Assembly: GCA_963845085.1 (NCBI GenBank)
Contig: CAWJQI010000004.1
Coordinates: 480,001-544,000 of the forward strand
DNA: 64,000 bases
Direction: 5' to 3'
From: Candidatus Fermentibacterota bacterium
GTDB taxonomy: Bacteria; Fermentibacterota; Fermentibacteria; Fermentibacterales; JCC-6
A program made the position numbers and the translations under genes. Below, one piece after another: positions 19,466-30,559 of this stretch. The notes below the pieces were generated by a model. It was not told the origin of the DNA. It ran no database searches and saw nothing but the letters and a program-made list of their open reading frames with translations. Within the stretch, counting starts at the first letter, position 1; every line of letters begins with the position of its first letter.

Positions 19466-20700
19466 AGACTGTGTACAACCAGGCCGCTTCGCAGCTTGGG
19501 CTCAAACCACGTGGACTTGGGGGGCATGACCTTCCCGGTGTCGGCAACGGACAGCAGCTGGTCAAGTGAAGTGGGATGCATGCTGAATGCCGCTGCGAAC
19601 CTGCCGGAATCCACGAGCCTGACAAGCTCGCCCGTGCCCCTTATCCCGCCTATGAAGTCGATCCTCTCGGATGTTCTGGGATCGTCAATGCCGAGAATCG
19701 GTGCAAGAAGGTTGTTCTGGAGAATGCTTACGTCGAGCCCTTCAACAGGATCAACCTTCTCGAAGGTGCCTTCGATCGGCACGAGCGTGAACCACTGGCC
19801 CTTCATGTACATGGAGAATTCCCTCGGGACCGTCGGGCTTGCCTTGCCCGACCTGGTCACGGAGAATGACTTGGAAAGCTTCTCGAGGAACTGCTCGGGG
19901 GTCATGCCGTTCAGATCCTTGACCGCCCTGTTGTAGGGCAGGATCCGCAACTGGCTCTTCGGGAAGAGCACGGCAAGGATGAAGTTGTACTCCTCAAGCC
20001 CCGAGTGGTTGGGATTCGCTTCCCTCCGTCTGCGGGCAACGATCGCCGCGGAAGCGCTTCTGTGATGACCGTCGGCCACATAGGTAAAGGGCACGTCATT
20101 CCTGAAGTACGCCTCGAGGGTGGTAATGTCTTCCTGGTTTTCCACGAGCCACAGTGTGTGGCGGATACCATCGGATGCGGTAAAATCGTATTCAGGTTCG
20201 CCCTGCACCACCCGTTTCTGGATGGCGTCGATTCCTTCAACGTCCCTGTAGGTGAGAAAAACCGGTCCGGCCTGGGCGTTCTGGGACATGATGTGACGGA
20301 TCCTGTCCTCCTCCTTGGCCTTCCTGGTGTATTCATGCTTGCGGATGACATCCCTGTCGTACTCGTCTGCGGACACGCACGCCATGAGCCCCACCTGGGA
20401 ATGACCGCCCATGATCTGCCTGTAGAAATAGAGCATGGGCTGCTTGTCCTGGACCATGAGACCCTCTTCAACAAGCCTTCTGAGGTTCACTGCTCCCTGA
20501 CGGTAGACCTCGTCGCTGTAGAGATTGACGCTCGGGTCAAGGTCTACCTCAGGTTTGACGACCCTGAGGAAGCTCAGCGGATTGTCCTTTACGATGTCAC
20601 GGGCTTCATCCGAATCAAGGACATCGTAGGGAAGGGAAGCTATTCTGTGAGCGAACTCCTTCCGGGGTCTCAATCCCCGGAACGGCCTGATCATGGACAT
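19462..20700 (-). CDS. DUF1015 family protein
   Basis: IRPFRGLRP, LPYDV, IRKHE.T, YVADGHHR and MPPKSTWFEPKLRSGL motifs. Confidence 0.92.
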   Translation of the reverse strand: MSMIRPFRGLRPRKEFAHRIASLPYDVLDSDEARDIVKDNPLSFLRVVKPEVDLDPSVNLYSDEVYRQGAVNLRRLVEEGLMVQDKQPMLYFYRQIMGGHSQVGLMACVSADEYDRDVIRKHEYTRKAKEEDRIRHIMSQNAQAGPVFLTYRDVEGIDAIQKRVVQGEPEYDFTASDGIRHTLWLVENQEDITTLEAYFRNDVPFTYVADGHHRSASAAIVARRRREANPNHSGLEEYNFILAVLFPKSQLRILPYNRAVKDLNGMTPEQFLEKLSKSFSVTRSGKASPTVPREFSMYMKGQWFTLVPIEGTFEKVDPVEGLDVSILQNNLLAPILGIDDPRTSERIDFIGGIRGTGELVRLVDSGRFAAAFSMHPTSLDQLLSVADTGKVMPPKSTWFEPKLRSGLVVHSL

Positions 20701-20702
20701 GT

Positions 20703-21701
20703 TCAAATCCTCCGCTTGGTGATGGAAAGAAGAGCCATATCGGCGTCAACCATTTCCCTGACAAGCCCGGTAAAACAAGTTTCCGGGCGCCAGCCGAGAA
20801 GCCGCCCCGCCTTTGTTGCATCCCCCATCAGGGCTTCAACTTCAGTCGGCCTCAAGTACCTGTTGTCGGTTTTAACGAAGCTGTGCCAGTCGAGGTCAAG
20901 GTATTTGAAGACCTCGTCAAGAAACTCCCTTACTGTATGCATCTCGCCTGTCGCCACAACGTAGTCACCCGGTTCGGGCTGCTGCAGCATCGCATGCATG
21001 GCTTTAACGTAGTCCCGGGCATGGCCCCAGTCCCTTGCCGAGTCAAGATTCCCCAGCACCAGTGAAGCCGACAGCCCCATCTTTATCGCTGCTGCACCAA
21101 GTGTGATCTTTCTTGTTACAAAGTTTTCGCCGCGCCGGGGAGACTCATGGTTGAACAGGATGCCGTTTGAGGCGTGCATTCCGTATGCTTCCCTGTAATT
21201 GACAACCATCCAGTGGGCGCAGAGCTTTGCTGCGGCATAAGGGCTTCGCGGGTGGAAGGGTGTTCCCTCGTTCTGCGGGGTCGGGCTTGAACCGAACATT
21301 TCGCTGGTTCCAGCCTGGTAGAACCTGCACTTCCCGGCAAGACCCGTGTCCCTCATGGCATCAAGCAGCCTCGCAACACCTGTCGCGTTGACATCAGTGG
21401 TGTACTCGGGCATTTGAAAGGAGATGCCCACATGGCTCTGGGCCGCGAGGTTGTAGACCTCGTCGGGGGCAACTTTCTCAAGAATGCGGTTGAGTGCACT
21501 GGAATCGGTTAGGTCCCCGTAATGCAGAAAAAGGGTTTGTCCGTAGATCGACTCATCACCGATCAACCGTTCTATCCGTTCGCGGTTGAAACTGCTGGCG
21601 CGTCTGACGATCCCGTGCACCGTGTATCCCTTTTCAAGCAGGTACTCGGTCAGATATGACCCGTCCTGCCCCGTGATACCAGTGATCAAAGCCTTTTTCA
21701 A
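20703..21701 (-). CDS. gmd: GDP-mannose 4,6-dehydratase
   Basis: [48 protein letters not shown] and RDWGHA motifs. Confidence 0.97.
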   Translation of the reverse strand: MKKALITGITGQDGSYLTEYLLEKGYTVHGIVRRASSFNRERIERLIGDESIYGQTLFLHYGDLTDSSALNRILEKVAPDEVYNLAAQSHVGISFQMPEYTTDVNATGVARLLDAMRDTGLAGKCRFYQAGTSEMFGSSPTPQNEGTPFHPRSPYAAAKLCAHWMVVNYREAYGMHASNGILFNHESPRRGENFVTRKITLGAAAIKMGLSASLVLGNLDSARDWGHARDYVKAMHAMLQQPEPGDYVVATGEMHTVREFLDEVFKYLDLDWHSFVKTDNRYLRPTEVEALMGDATKAGRLLGWRPETCFTGLVREMVDADMALLSITKRRI

Positions 21702-21738
21702 ACAGATACCTCCCCGAGGATAGTCTGGGGGTAAGATA

Positions 21739-22449
21739 CTACCTTTGTTTCCCTGTGCCCAAAATGGTTTTCAGGGTCTTCCTCTCTCCGGGCCAGCGGG
21801 GATCGAGAACAATGCCTTCAATGGATCTGTAGAGTTTTCTCCAGGGTTGAAGGGAAAGCCCAGCCCCGTCGAAGAGGATGACGCCCTCAAAAAGAACCCT
21901 CCACTTCCACTCCCGTTCGGCCATTCCCCAGGTCTGCACGGCAAGCGGCAACGCTTCGGGCGAGCCTCCTGCATGGCAGGCTTCCAGCATGGCAACAGCC
22001 TCCCATGGAAAACCTGAGGTTTCGAAGGGAACGGGTTGCCCCCCCGAAAGCCTTGCAACCCTTGAAGCAAGTACGGGAAGATCGGCAAGCTCCCGGCACC
22101 TCGCCCAGTCACGTCTTGCCTCGGACAACAGGAAAAGCGGACCCCTGGCAAGTGCGAGCGCCCTGGTTTCAAATCCTTCACCCATCCTGGCCTGCCTGGC
22201 GGACTCGAAAACCTCTTCCGCCTCTTTCCATCGACTTGTTCGGCAAAGAACATCACCAAGAATGGAAAGGCCGGTTCCGTCCTGCGGCAAGGCCCTGGCG
22301 GCGGCGATGGCTTGTGCTGTCTGCCCAAGTTCAAGCAGAATTCTTACTTCCCTCTGTCTCAGCTTCTGGATCAGATCGGGGTCGGTTTCCCCGCGAAGCC
22401 GGTTCTTCAGAGCCAGGAGTTGACAGCCGCCTACTCTTTGATTACGCAT
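21739..22449 (-). CDS. Hypothetical protein with TPR-like helices
   Basis: LLELGQ..QA and LGDVL....[12 protein letters not shown]-like segments. Fills the gap upstream of gmd. Start uncertain. Confidence 0.5.
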   Translation of the reverse strand: MRNQRVGGCQLLALKNRLRGETDPDLIQKLRQREVRILLELGQTAQAIAAARALPQDGTGLSILGDVLCRTSRWKEAEEVFESARQARMGEGFETRALALARGPLFLLSEARRDWARCRELADLPVLASRVARLSGGQPVPFETSGFPWEAVAMLEACHAGGSPEALPLAVQTWGMAEREWKWRVLFEGVILFDGAGLSLQPWRKLYRSIEGIVLDPRWPGERKTLKTILGTGKQR

Positions 22450-22475
22450 GACCTACCAATACGGATGGAGCTGCA

Positions 22476-23249
22476 ATGGACGAACTCTTGAACGACATCG
22501 TTTCGAACACCACTTCGGGCGCTTCGGAAACATACATGAAAATTCTCAATCACATAATTCTTGGCAATTTAAAGGATCCCGACCTGCCCGAAGCCCTCCT
22601 GAAATCAGCCGGAGACATGGTTCCTCTCTGCTACGTCGCAAGACGACTCGCCCAGGAGCCGTTGTTCAAGTGGAAGGACGCGGCCGGTGATCTTCAGAGA
22701 GAGATCAGACAGCAGGCAATAGAGTCCGGAATTCAGCTCTACAAACAGCTCGAGGAAACAGGGAACATCCTCCTGTGTCACAGCAGGAGCGGCTCGGTGA
22801 TCAAGGCGCTTGAACACCGCAAGAACCGGCTTGAAATGGTTTACCAAACCATCTCATCTCCCGGCGAGGAGGGAAGAAGCGCCGCGGACACGTTGATACA
22901 GAACGGCTTGAAGGTCGAGCTGATCGAAGACTCCGACTTCACTGCCGCCATCGCGAAGGGAGCTGTGCCCGTGCTTGGCGCCGATGCAGTCACCGAGGAC
23001 TTCGTGGTGAACAAGATCGGCACCCTTGCCATCGTGAACGCCGCCATCGATGCCCAGATATGCCCGATCGTCATTGCCGGACGTGAAAAACTCATCCAGG
23101 GATCCTTCTACGGCGACCGTCCCGTAAACAGCATATTCGAGAGGATACCCCTCGCGGGTTTGAAGGTGATCGTCGGCCCCCAGACCTTCGCCATGCAAAA
23201 GCACGCATCCAGGCTCGCAGCCTTGATCGGCAGCCAGGAAACCTGCTGA
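22476..23249 (+). CDS. eIF-2B / IF-2B family protein
   Basis: SGA near the N-terminus, HSRSGSV, S.PGEEG, LGADAV and VNKIGT motifs. Confidence 0.8.
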   Translation: MDELLNDIVSNTTSGASETYMKILNHIILGNLKDPDLPEALLKSAGDMVPLCYVARRLAQEPLFKWKDAAGDLQREIRQQAIESGIQLYKQLEETGNILLCHSRSGSVIKALEHRKNRLEMVYQTISSPGEEGRSAADTLIQNGLKVELIEDSDFTAAIAKGAVPVLGADAVTEDFVVNKIGTLAIVNAAIDAQICPIVIAGREKLIQGSFYGDRPVNSIFERIPLAGLKVIVGPQTFAMQKHASRLAALIGSQETC

Positions 23250-23250
23250 C

Positions 23251-25896
23251 ATGAGTTCCGAGGCCCTCTTCGAGGGTCACTGGCGCTCCCTCGAAAAAGC
23301 GTTTGTCGATAGGCTGGCATCATCCGATGCGCGGCCTCATGCTGTTGTAACAGCCGGATTCCCGCTGCTCGAGCGGCTTCTCACAGTCCTCCGTGACGCG
23401 GGCTTCGCAAACCTTGCCGGCGTGCAGTTCTTTCCAGGCATACCGAAACTTGCGGAAAAGCTGGCCCCCCTTCCTTCCCCGATACCGCCGTCCGCTGCTG
23501 AAATGGCCGGATGCGCCCTTCTGGCATACGGTTCTTCCGAACGGGCGCTGACAGGCGCAGCCTTTCTTGCCGGCATGCTTGAACAGGGAATAGGTTCGAC
23601 CGAGCTGGAAACGGTCCTGCTGTCCCTTCAGGATGACCCCGGACCCTCCGCGTGGGAAACGCTCAGAGCCCTCCGGTCCTTTGAGACGGAGCTATCGGTT
23701 GAGCACCCGCTGAGGGGTGACACGATAATGCGGGGCGTTCCCGGTTCCGGGTACGCATGCGTTTCAATGTACGGCTTCTACGACCTGAACCCCGCCCAGC
23801 GAAGGTTCGTGAGGGCACTTTCAGCGACCACTTCGGTATCATGGTTCAGCCCGGTGCACCCCTCCTCTCCCTGGAGAGATGTCTATGCAAAAACCGGCGA
23901 CTTTCTGGGAACCCTTTATGGAAACCGCAGGCACAGGGTGGATGCGGGAACGCCGATGGCGAAAATGGCCCTGCTTGGTGAAAGCCTGCTGAACGAGAAG
24001 GCGTTTTCGACTCCCGAAGGGGTGGAAATCGTTTCCTGCGGCAGCGGCCTCGGTTTTAAAAGGGGGGTGGTCGAGACCGTGAGGCGGATGCAGGGAACAA
24101 GGCCCGGATTCAGTATTGCGGTCGCTGCCCGCGGTCGCGACAGGGAACAGGTCGCCCTCGCTCTCAACCTTGCGGGCGTCCCTACCAACCCTGGGTTTTC
24201 GACACCTCTCAGTTCGACACCCGCAGGACGTTTTCTGCTCGGGGTGTGCGCCCTCCCGACGTGGAACTGGCACAATTTACTGATCCAAAGGCTGCTCTCA
24301 TTGGGGATCGTATTCGGAGAAAGCCCTTCGGAGTACATGGAGCAGGTTTGCAAAAAGGGTGCCAGGTTTGGGGTCGAAGCGCTCTCCAGGTTGGACATGC
24401 CATTTGCCGAAAGGCTTCTTGCATTCCAGAGACTGCTTCCCGACACCGCCTTGCCGGGCGTTTACCTTCATGCCCTGGAGCGTCTTGTCGAAAAACCGAA
24501 AGGCATTCCGCTTCCCGGGGGGCTGCACGATGCCGTTTTCAGCGGAATGGCGTGGAGGCTGCGCAGCGAGGTCTCCCTCGATGGGTTCAGGGCGATGCTG
24601 CAAGCCCTGCTTGACAATGCGGAACAGGAGATCTTCCCCGCGGATAAATCCGGCGTGTCGGTTCTTTCTCCGGAGCAGCTCCGGGGAACCCGGTTCGACG
24701 CAGTCGTGGTCACGGGTCTTGAAGAATCGGTTTTCCCGTCGCGCTCGACCGAGGACCCTCGGTTCCCGTCAGCCCTGAGACATGCCCTCGAGATGACCAC
24801 CGGGGATACCCGGGAACAGGAGGAGGCGTTTGTTCTCAGACAGGTCTTCGAAGCTGCCGGGGAGCGGCTTGCACTGATAATCAGAACATCCGACGAAGGT
24901 GGGCGAAGCCAGAGGCCGTCCCCGCTGATAGACAGGCTTCTCGCTTCAAAGGAGGCGGAAAGAACCGTCATATCAGACTCCGCCATGGTTCTGATCACCC
25001 CGCCGGCCACGGCGCCCTTTCTCGAACGCGCTCTTTCTGCGGAACGCGAACGGCTGTTCAGCAACTCTTTCGGCCCCCACGACGGGATCATAGGCCCGGG
25101 GGTCGCGACCCCGCCCGAGAGCGTCAACGCATCAATGCTCGAAGCCTATGCGCGCTGTCCTTTCAGGTACATGGTTGAACGGATATGGATGCTGCCCGAA
25201 CCCTCGGCAGCCCCCGTACTCTCGTCTCCGGACAGGCCTGCAAACGGCATTTTCGTCCACAAGGCCCTTGAACTGGCACTCTCGGGAATTACGGCCGGGG
25301 AGGCGGTGACGCGTGCGACCGAAAGACATGATCTCGGAGCTATGCTGGGATCAGACGCTTTTGCAGAGAATTACCGGGAAACGCTTGCAGGAACGGTTGA
25401 GCGCACGCTCGAGTTCTTCCGGAGGGCAGGATATCACCCCCTGGAGAGCGAGAGGAACGTTTCAGGAATCGTCGCCGGACTGCCCGGAACCGGCAGGCTC
25501 GACCTTCTGGCCGAAACGGCTGACGGTCTTGTGGCACTTGATCTCAAGACCGGCGATCCGAAAAGGTACAGGAAACCACTTGAGAACATGAATCTGTTTC
25601 AGCTGCCGGTGTACTACGCCCTGTGTTCAGCAAAGCCGGTGCAAATGGGCTATCTTCATGTTCGCAGCGATGATGTGCCGGTCCTGACCAGCGTAACGAA
25701 AGGGGAGATCGAAGAGGTGCTTCCAGCCTTCGAAGAGCGTATCCGGGATATTTTCCGGTGCATCTCATCGGGCATCTTCCCTCCCTCCGGGGATGAGAAC
25801 GTCTGCGGCAGCTGCGGATGCGGCCATCTCTGCAGGATATCTCCAAGAACACGCCTTGCGAGAAAGGGGATCGGTGGAAACGCACATTCCTCCTGA
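23251..25896 (+). CDS. addB: AddB-like inactive helicase plus PD-(D/E)XK nuclease with Fe-S staple
   Basis: YGFYDL, GLEESVFP, YARCPF, GRLDL..DLKTG, QLPVY and C-terminal CxxCxxxxxC motifs. Confidence 0.82.
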   Translation: MSSEALFEGHWRSLEKAFVDRLASSDARPHAVVTAGFPLLERLLTVLRDAGFANLAGVQFFPGIPKLAEKLAPLPSPIPPSAAEMAGCALLAYGSSERALTGAAFLAGMLEQGIGSTELETVLLSLQDDPGPSAWETLRALRSFETELSVEHPLRGDTIMRGVPGSGYACVSMYGFYDLNPAQRRFVRALSATTSVSWFSPVHPSSPWRDVYAKTGDFLGTLYGNRRHRVDAGTPMAKMALLGESLLNEKAFSTPEGVEIVSCGSGLGFKRGVVETVRRMQGTRPGFSIAVAARGRDREQVALALNLAGVPTNPGFSTPLSSTPAGRFLLGVCALPTWNWHNLLIQRLLSLGIVFGESPSEYMEQVCKKGARFGVEALSRLDMPFAERLLAFQRLLPDTALPGVYLHALERLVEKPKGIPLPGGLHDAVFSGMAWRLRSEVSLDGFRAMLQALLDNAEQEIFPADKSGVSVLSPEQLRGTRFDAVVVTGLEESVFPSRSTEDPRFPSALRHALEMTTGDTREQEEAFVLRQVFEAAGERLALIIRTSDEGGRSQRPSPLIDRLLASKEAERTVISDSAMVLITPPATAPFLERALSAERERLFSNSFGPHDGIIGPGVATPPESVNASMLEAYARCPFRYMVERIWMLPEPSAAPVLSSPDRPANGIFVHKALELALSGITAGEAVTRATERHDLGAMLGSDAFAENYRETLAGTVERTLEFFRRAGYHPLESERNVSGIVAGLPGTGRLDLLAETADGLVALDLKTGDPKRYRKPLENMNLFQLPVYYALCSAKPVQMGYLHVRSDDVPVLTSVTKGEIEEVLPAFEERIRDIFRCISSGIFPPSGDENVCGSCGCGHLCRISPRTRLARKGIGGNAHSS

Positions 25897-28792
25897 TCAG
25901 CCCTCGCGGGACAGGATCACCTTCGAGCATGCAAGAAACGTCGTCGTCGAGGCAAGCGCAGGAACAGGCAAGACGACCCTTCTCACCAAACGTGTGGCGA
26001 ACCTGGTGCTGCGTGAAGGTGTCCCCCTCGAAAACCTGGCAGTTGTCACATTCACGGAGGCGGCGGCAGCCGAGCTCAGGGTGAGGATCAGGGCGGAGCT
26101 TTCGGGATCGCCCTCCAGGATCGGTTCGGCATGGATTACCACCATTCACGGTTTCGCCGCAAGGGTTCTGAGGGAGTACCCTCACATGACCGGGGGTTAC
26201 CCTGATTTTTCCGTCGAAACCAGCCATTTCAGCAAAGACGAGCAGAGAATGCTTTGGGATGCGCATCTCGCAGGCCTATCCCGGGAGGATGCGCGGGAAT
26301 GTGCCGCAGGCCTTTCAAACCCGGGTTCGGAATCGCTCATGGAGTTTTCGGGAAAACTTGAGTCAATTCGATGGATCGAAGGGATCGGGCCGTTTGGAAA
26401 CCCCCGTGAAGAGCTTCAACATGGTAGGACAGAACTTACGGGGCTCCTGGATTCGCTTCTCGAGAATTGCACGGACCCCCGGGACCGGCTGGCGACGCAG
26501 ATGGTTTTGCTAAGGGAACGCCTGGCACGGGGAGACGGTCTGTCGACTGTTCAGGTGGTGAACCGCAGCTCCGGGGTCAAGAGCGCGTGGGTGGACAAAG
26601 ACACACTTGATCGGGTGAAGGCCGGGGTTTTCGATGTGAACGACCGCCTCAGGGAGCTGCAGGGAATCGAAGTCTTCCTCGCAGCAGCCCCGGCCATTGA
26701 GAGAATCGTGTTGCCTTGTGCGCTGAATGCAAGGCGGCTGTGGGACAGCGACCGAACCAGGCTGTCATACGACGACCTTCTTTTCCTGGCGCACCGCTCC
26801 GTATCGGTGAACCCCGCCCTCAGGGCTGCTCTTGCGGCCCGTTTCAAACACATTCTAATCGACGAATTCCAGGACACGAGCCTGCTGCAGGCGAACCTCT
26901 TCCTCGGTTTTCTCTCTGCAGGCGGCCTCGAAGGCCGTCTGACGATTGTGGGGGATCCCAAGCAGTCCATTTACGGCTGGCGAAGCGCTGATGTGGAGAC
27001 CTACAACGAAACCGTCGAGCTAGTCACCCGGAGCGGTGCACTCAGGGAGACGATTTCAACCAATTTCCGCTCCTGCCGGGCGGTGATAGCTTTTGTGAAT
27101 GCATTCGGGCGAAGCCTCTTCTCGAATGTCCCCGATGATGAGATACCTTTCCTGTCCGACTACGCCCCCCTTGTTCCGTCCCCCGGCGCCGAGGAAGGGC
27201 CGATGCCTCTCGTGATAAGGCTTCCGCAGCCACCCGATGGCGGATCCGCCGCCGTCTACAAGGGCAGGGCGCAGGCCGAGGCGGTGGCCGAAATGCTGAC
27301 CGGAGAAAACCCCGGGGACTGGGCCATCCTCTTCAAGACAGCCACCCGGCTGGAGGAACTGGTTGAAGCCCTCGACCGCAGGAACATACCCTACATCGTA
27401 GAGGCTTCGAGGGACTTCAAGGAAAGGCTCGAGGTGCAGGACACCGCCATGCTGATCCGGGCCGTCCTGGATCCACATGACAGAAGGGCCCGTGTGCATA
27501 CCCTCCGTTCACTCTATTTCGGCATCGATGACTCAAGCATCACCCGCTGGCTCTCGGGCACGCCTGTGCGGGAGGTGCACGAAGCCGAATCAGTCATCGA
27601 TGCCTTGCGGGCCGCGGCAACCAACCTTTCCCCGCTGCTCTTCCTCGAGAGGGTCTTCCGCACGACCTGCATCACCGAGTCTGTACGGGGAACCGGACAT
27701 GAGGTGAACCGAAGGCTCGGAAACCTCAGGAGCATTCTGGAAAGGGCTGGGAAATGTGAGGGAATGAACCAGCTGCTGGATGAGTTGTCAGGTGTTTCCA
27801 TCCAGGCATCCGAAGAGCCTTCAGCCTCGCCCGACAGCAGCGATGCAGTTACCCTGAGCACGATCCACAGAGCCAAGGGACTCGACTGGAAGAACGTCAT
27901 CCTGCTGAATCCGGGGGCCGGGTCAAGATCGGACAGGAACCCTGTCCTGTCCGACCAGCGAACAGGCAGGGCAGCCCTGGGGCTGCGAGACGGACACAGC
28001 CCATATTTCCTTAAGCTGAAGGAACGCGAGAAGGCCAGGACGAATGCGGAGTTCAGACGTCTGCTCTATGTAGCCGTAACCCGTCCAAGGGAACGGCTCG
28101 TCATTTTTTCTGACACCGGAGAAAAAGTGTCGGGACCCGCCGAAGTCATGTACACAGCCATCGCGGCAGCGGAGGGGCATTATCGAGAGATGACCCTTGA
28201 ACCCCTCGATTTGGAATCGCTGCATCCGAGGCCGATTCCCGCTGTCAGCCACCCCGCCCCTCCCGTGATTGTTCCGCCCCCGGAACCCCCTGCACCCGAT
28301 CCGGCTGCGAGTGCCAAACGGCTTGGTACAGAGGTTCACGCCCTGCTCGAGAAGATAGATCTCAACAACCCGCAGGGCTGGCTTGACCTGAACATCCCCA
28401 TCCTGAGAAGCTGCATGGAGTTCGCTGACGACGCGGCAAAACTTGCATTGGCCTTTTTTGGAACGCCGCTGCCTTTTGATTTGTCGAAGGCCCGCATTCT
28501 TGGCAGGGAGTATCCCCTTCTCGCCGACGGGATGATCCTTTACGTCGACCTCCTCCTCGATATGGGCTCACATTTGGAGGTCATCGATTTTAAGACCGAC
28601 AGCCCCTCCTCGCTGGACAGTCTGTTCGAGCAGTACAGGGCCAAGCTGGAAAGATATGCGGCCGTCCTCGAAAGGCTGAAGAACAAACCGGCAGCGTGCA
28701 GGCTTGTTCTTCTTCAGCAGAGGGAAGTCATCACTCTGAGGGAGCCCTCCGCCCCGGCAAACCGGGGAGGAGGACCGCAGACTCAGTCGTAG
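25874..28792 (+). CDS. addA: AddA-like UvrD helicase plus nuclease
   Basis: ASAGTGKT, TFTEAAA, TIHGF, IDEFQDT, VGDPKQSIY, TIHRAKGL, RLLYVAVTR and VDLL..IDFKT motifs. Confidence 0.88.
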   Translation: METHIPPDQPSRDRITFEHARNVVVEASAGTGKTTLLTKRVANLVLREGVPLENLAVVTFTEAAAAELRVRIRAELSGSPSRIGSAWITTIHGFAARVLREYPHMTGGYPDFSVETSHFSKDEQRMLWDAHLAGLSREDARECAAGLSNPGSESLMEFSGKLESIRWIEGIGPFGNPREELQHGRTELTGLLDSLLENCTDPRDRLATQMVLLRERLARGDGLSTVQVVNRSSGVKSAWVDKDTLDRVKAGVFDVNDRLRELQGIEVFLAAAPAIERIVLPCALNARRLWDSDRTRLSYDDLLFLAHRSVSVNPALRAALAARFKHILIDEFQDTSLLQANLFLGFLSAGGLEGRLTIVGDPKQSIYGWRSADVETYNETVELVTRSGALRETISTNFRSCRAVIAFVNAFGRSLFSNVPDDEIPFLSDYAPLVPSPGAEEGPMPLVIRLPQPPDGGSAAVYKGRAQAEAVAEMLTGENPGDWAILFKTATRLEELVEALDRRNIPYIVEASRDFKERLEVQDTAMLIRAVLDPHDRRARVHTLRSLYFGIDDSSITRWLSGTPVREVHEAESVIDALRAAATNLSPLLFLERVFRTTCITESVRGTGHEVNRRLGNLRSILERAGKCEGMNQLLDELSGVSIQASEEPSASPDSSDAVTLSTIHRAKGLDWKNVILLNPGAGSRSDRNPVLSDQRTGRAALGLRDGHSPYFLKLKEREKARTNAEFRRLLYVAVTRPRERLVIFSDTGEKVSGPAEVMYTAIAAAEGHYREMTLEPLDLESLHPRPIPAVSHPAPPVIVPPPEPPAPDPAASAKRLGTEVHALLEKIDLNNPQGWLDLNIPILRSCMEFADDAAKLALAFFGTPLPFDLSKARILGREYPLLADGMILYVDLLLDMGSHLEVIDFKTDSPSSLDSLFEQYRAKLERYAAVLERLKNKPAACRLVLLQQREVITLREPSAPANRGGGPQTQS

Positions 28793-30384
28793 AGGGAGAA
28801 AGACTCGGATTCGCTGAGCCTGTTCAGACGCTCGAACGAAACCGTAATCAGCCCTCCTTCGCCTTCAGCCAGGCTTTCCACCCTCAGGGTTGCGGCGCCG
28901 AGCTGACCAGCCGTCGGAACAAATTCGATGTAGGAGTTCAACCCATCGCCACCATCATCGTCAAAAAGCTCACTGCCGTCTGCGAATGTGATGGTGATGA
29001 CGGCATCCAGTTCCTGGCTCTCGGCCGAAATGGCGTAGTTGTACCCTCCAACCATGTCCAGGGTGAACAGGCCGTAGGGAACGCCACGCTCAAGCCTCAG
29101 CTCGTGAACACCGCCAACCGGCAGTAGAACCGGTTCGGTGACGAAAACGGTCCCCGGCTCAACCGTGAATGCAACATCGCTCTGGCCGACCCCGTCGTAC
29201 GGCGCAACAAGGGCCAGGTAGGTACCCGGTTCCAGCTCGAGCGTCAAACGTGGATTCCAGTCGTCGAAATCATCGTTGAAATCCAGGCAGTACGCTTCCT
29301 CCGGACTTTCATAGCCGAGGAGCGTCAGCGTGCAGTCGAGTTCCGAGGCTGCAGAGAGGCTGTAAAACCCCTGCTGCTCGATCACGAAGCCGAAGGCGGA
29401 AACCGGGGTAGTGGATGTGATGCTCGAGAAGTGCCACTCGTTGTCGATGCCGGGCCAGAAAACCATTGCCAATTCCTCGCCGCTGATGACACCTTCGCCC
29501 GATCCCGGAACATCAACCCAGTTTATCTCGCCTTCGTCGATCTCCACAGGTTCTACTGCAAGAGTGAACCTGCCTTCCTCCCCGCTTGCGTAGCTGTTCA
29601 GGATCGCGCCATAAAGGCCGGGCTCGAGTTCGAGAAGAAGCCTTGAGTTCCAGTCCGTGCCGCCGTCGTCGTTCATGGCTACATACTCCGCCCGGCCGCG
29701 TTCGATTGAGACAACCACAAGGTATGAGTCGAAATCCTCGGATTCCACTGTGATGGAGTGGTAACCCTCGGAGGTGACTGTGAACGGGACGAACAGGGCG
29801 TTCTCCCAGTCCGTGATGTAGATTTCGTCCTCGTCAAGATCGTCGACAAGGTCTTCGATGCATTCGTTTTCCTTGTTGTCGAGAAGCCGGGATTCCATTG
29901 TCCCGGTGGCAATGGTTGCACTGGCGGTCCACTCCTCAAGATCCTGGGAGGTGCCTTCGCTCACCGAGACTGCAGCCGTACCCTGTTCGCCGTTCACACC
30001 CCAGACCAGCAACCGGGCACCGGATGGAACCTCGGCCATGACTATCCGGCTGTCAACGCTGTTCCCCCAGTCATCATTCACCGCCAGAACGATGCCCTCC
30101 TTGTCGACCAAAGCCATCACCGGGTCAAAACTGCCTGATGCCGCAGCTTCGAATACCACCATTCCGGATGATTTGACCTTCAGTTCAACGCACGGGAAGT
30201 TGCCTTCGACTGGAATACCGGCTTCGAGCAATTTAACTTCAGCGTCGGCAAGGGCTTCATCAAGCCCTGGAGAAGATGATGTAACGTCCGCCTGTGCGGA
30301 CCCGCCATACCCGAGCCCGCCCTCAAGAAAGCATCCCGAAAAGAGCAGCAGAGCGGAAAGACAAGAAAGCGCCATCAGCCTCAT
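28783..30384 (-). CDS. Acidic lipoprotein with about four PPC-like (pre-peptidase C-terminal) domains
   Basis: Lipobox LFSGC; four repeats of the D..L....(N/D)DD...NS/PR pattern (NDDWG, NDDGG, NDDFD, DDDGG). Confidence 0.7.
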   Translation of the reverse strand: MRLMALSCLSALLLFSGCFLEGGLGYGGSAQADVTSSSPGLDEALADAEVKLLEAGIPVEGNFPCVELKVKSSGMVVFEAAASGSFDPVMALVDKEGIVLAVNDDWGNSVDSRIVMAEVPSGARLLVWGVNGEQGTAAVSVSEGTSQDLEEWTASATIATGTMESRLLDNKENECIEDLVDDLDEDEIYITDWENALFVPFTVTSEGYHSITVESEDFDSYLVVVSIERGRAEYVAMNDDGGTDWNSRLLLELEPGLYGAILNSYASGEEGRFTLAVEPVEIDEGEINWVDVPGSGEGVISGEELAMVFWPGIDNEWHFSSITSTTPVSAFGFVIEQQGFYSLSAASELDCTLTLLGYESPEEAYCLDFNDDFDDWNPRLTLELEPGTYLALVAPYDGVGQSDVAFTVEPGTVFVTEPVLLPVGGVHELRLERGVPYGLFTLDMVGGYNYAISAESQELDAVITITFADGSELFDDDGGDGLNSYIEFVPTAGQLGAATLRVESLAEGEGGLITVSFERLNRLSESESFSLYD

Positions 30385-30504
30385 GACCCCCTCCATTCGA
30401 TAACAACAATGAACTCGATACCACACGGACCATTGCAACAGCCTATCAATAACCCTGACGCGATGCCGTGAAAAGCCGGGATCGAGTCTGATGGTGGCTC
30501 CGTG

Positions 30505-30537
30505 AACAAAAAGAACCGGGGCGCCGAAGCGCCCCGG
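30505..30537 (-). terminator. Rho-independent terminator of the C25 peptidase gene
   Basis: 9-bp GC stem (30516-30524 with 30529-30537), a cUUCGg loop on the minus strand, then a U-rich tract. Confidence 0.85.
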
Positions 30538-30559
30538 AGCAATCCGAAAACGTGGTCTT

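Noticed and set aside
23251..28792. Helicase-nuclease pair considered as an anti-phage defence system
   Set aside because: Domain order, Fe-S staple cysteines and sizes fit housekeeping AddAB.
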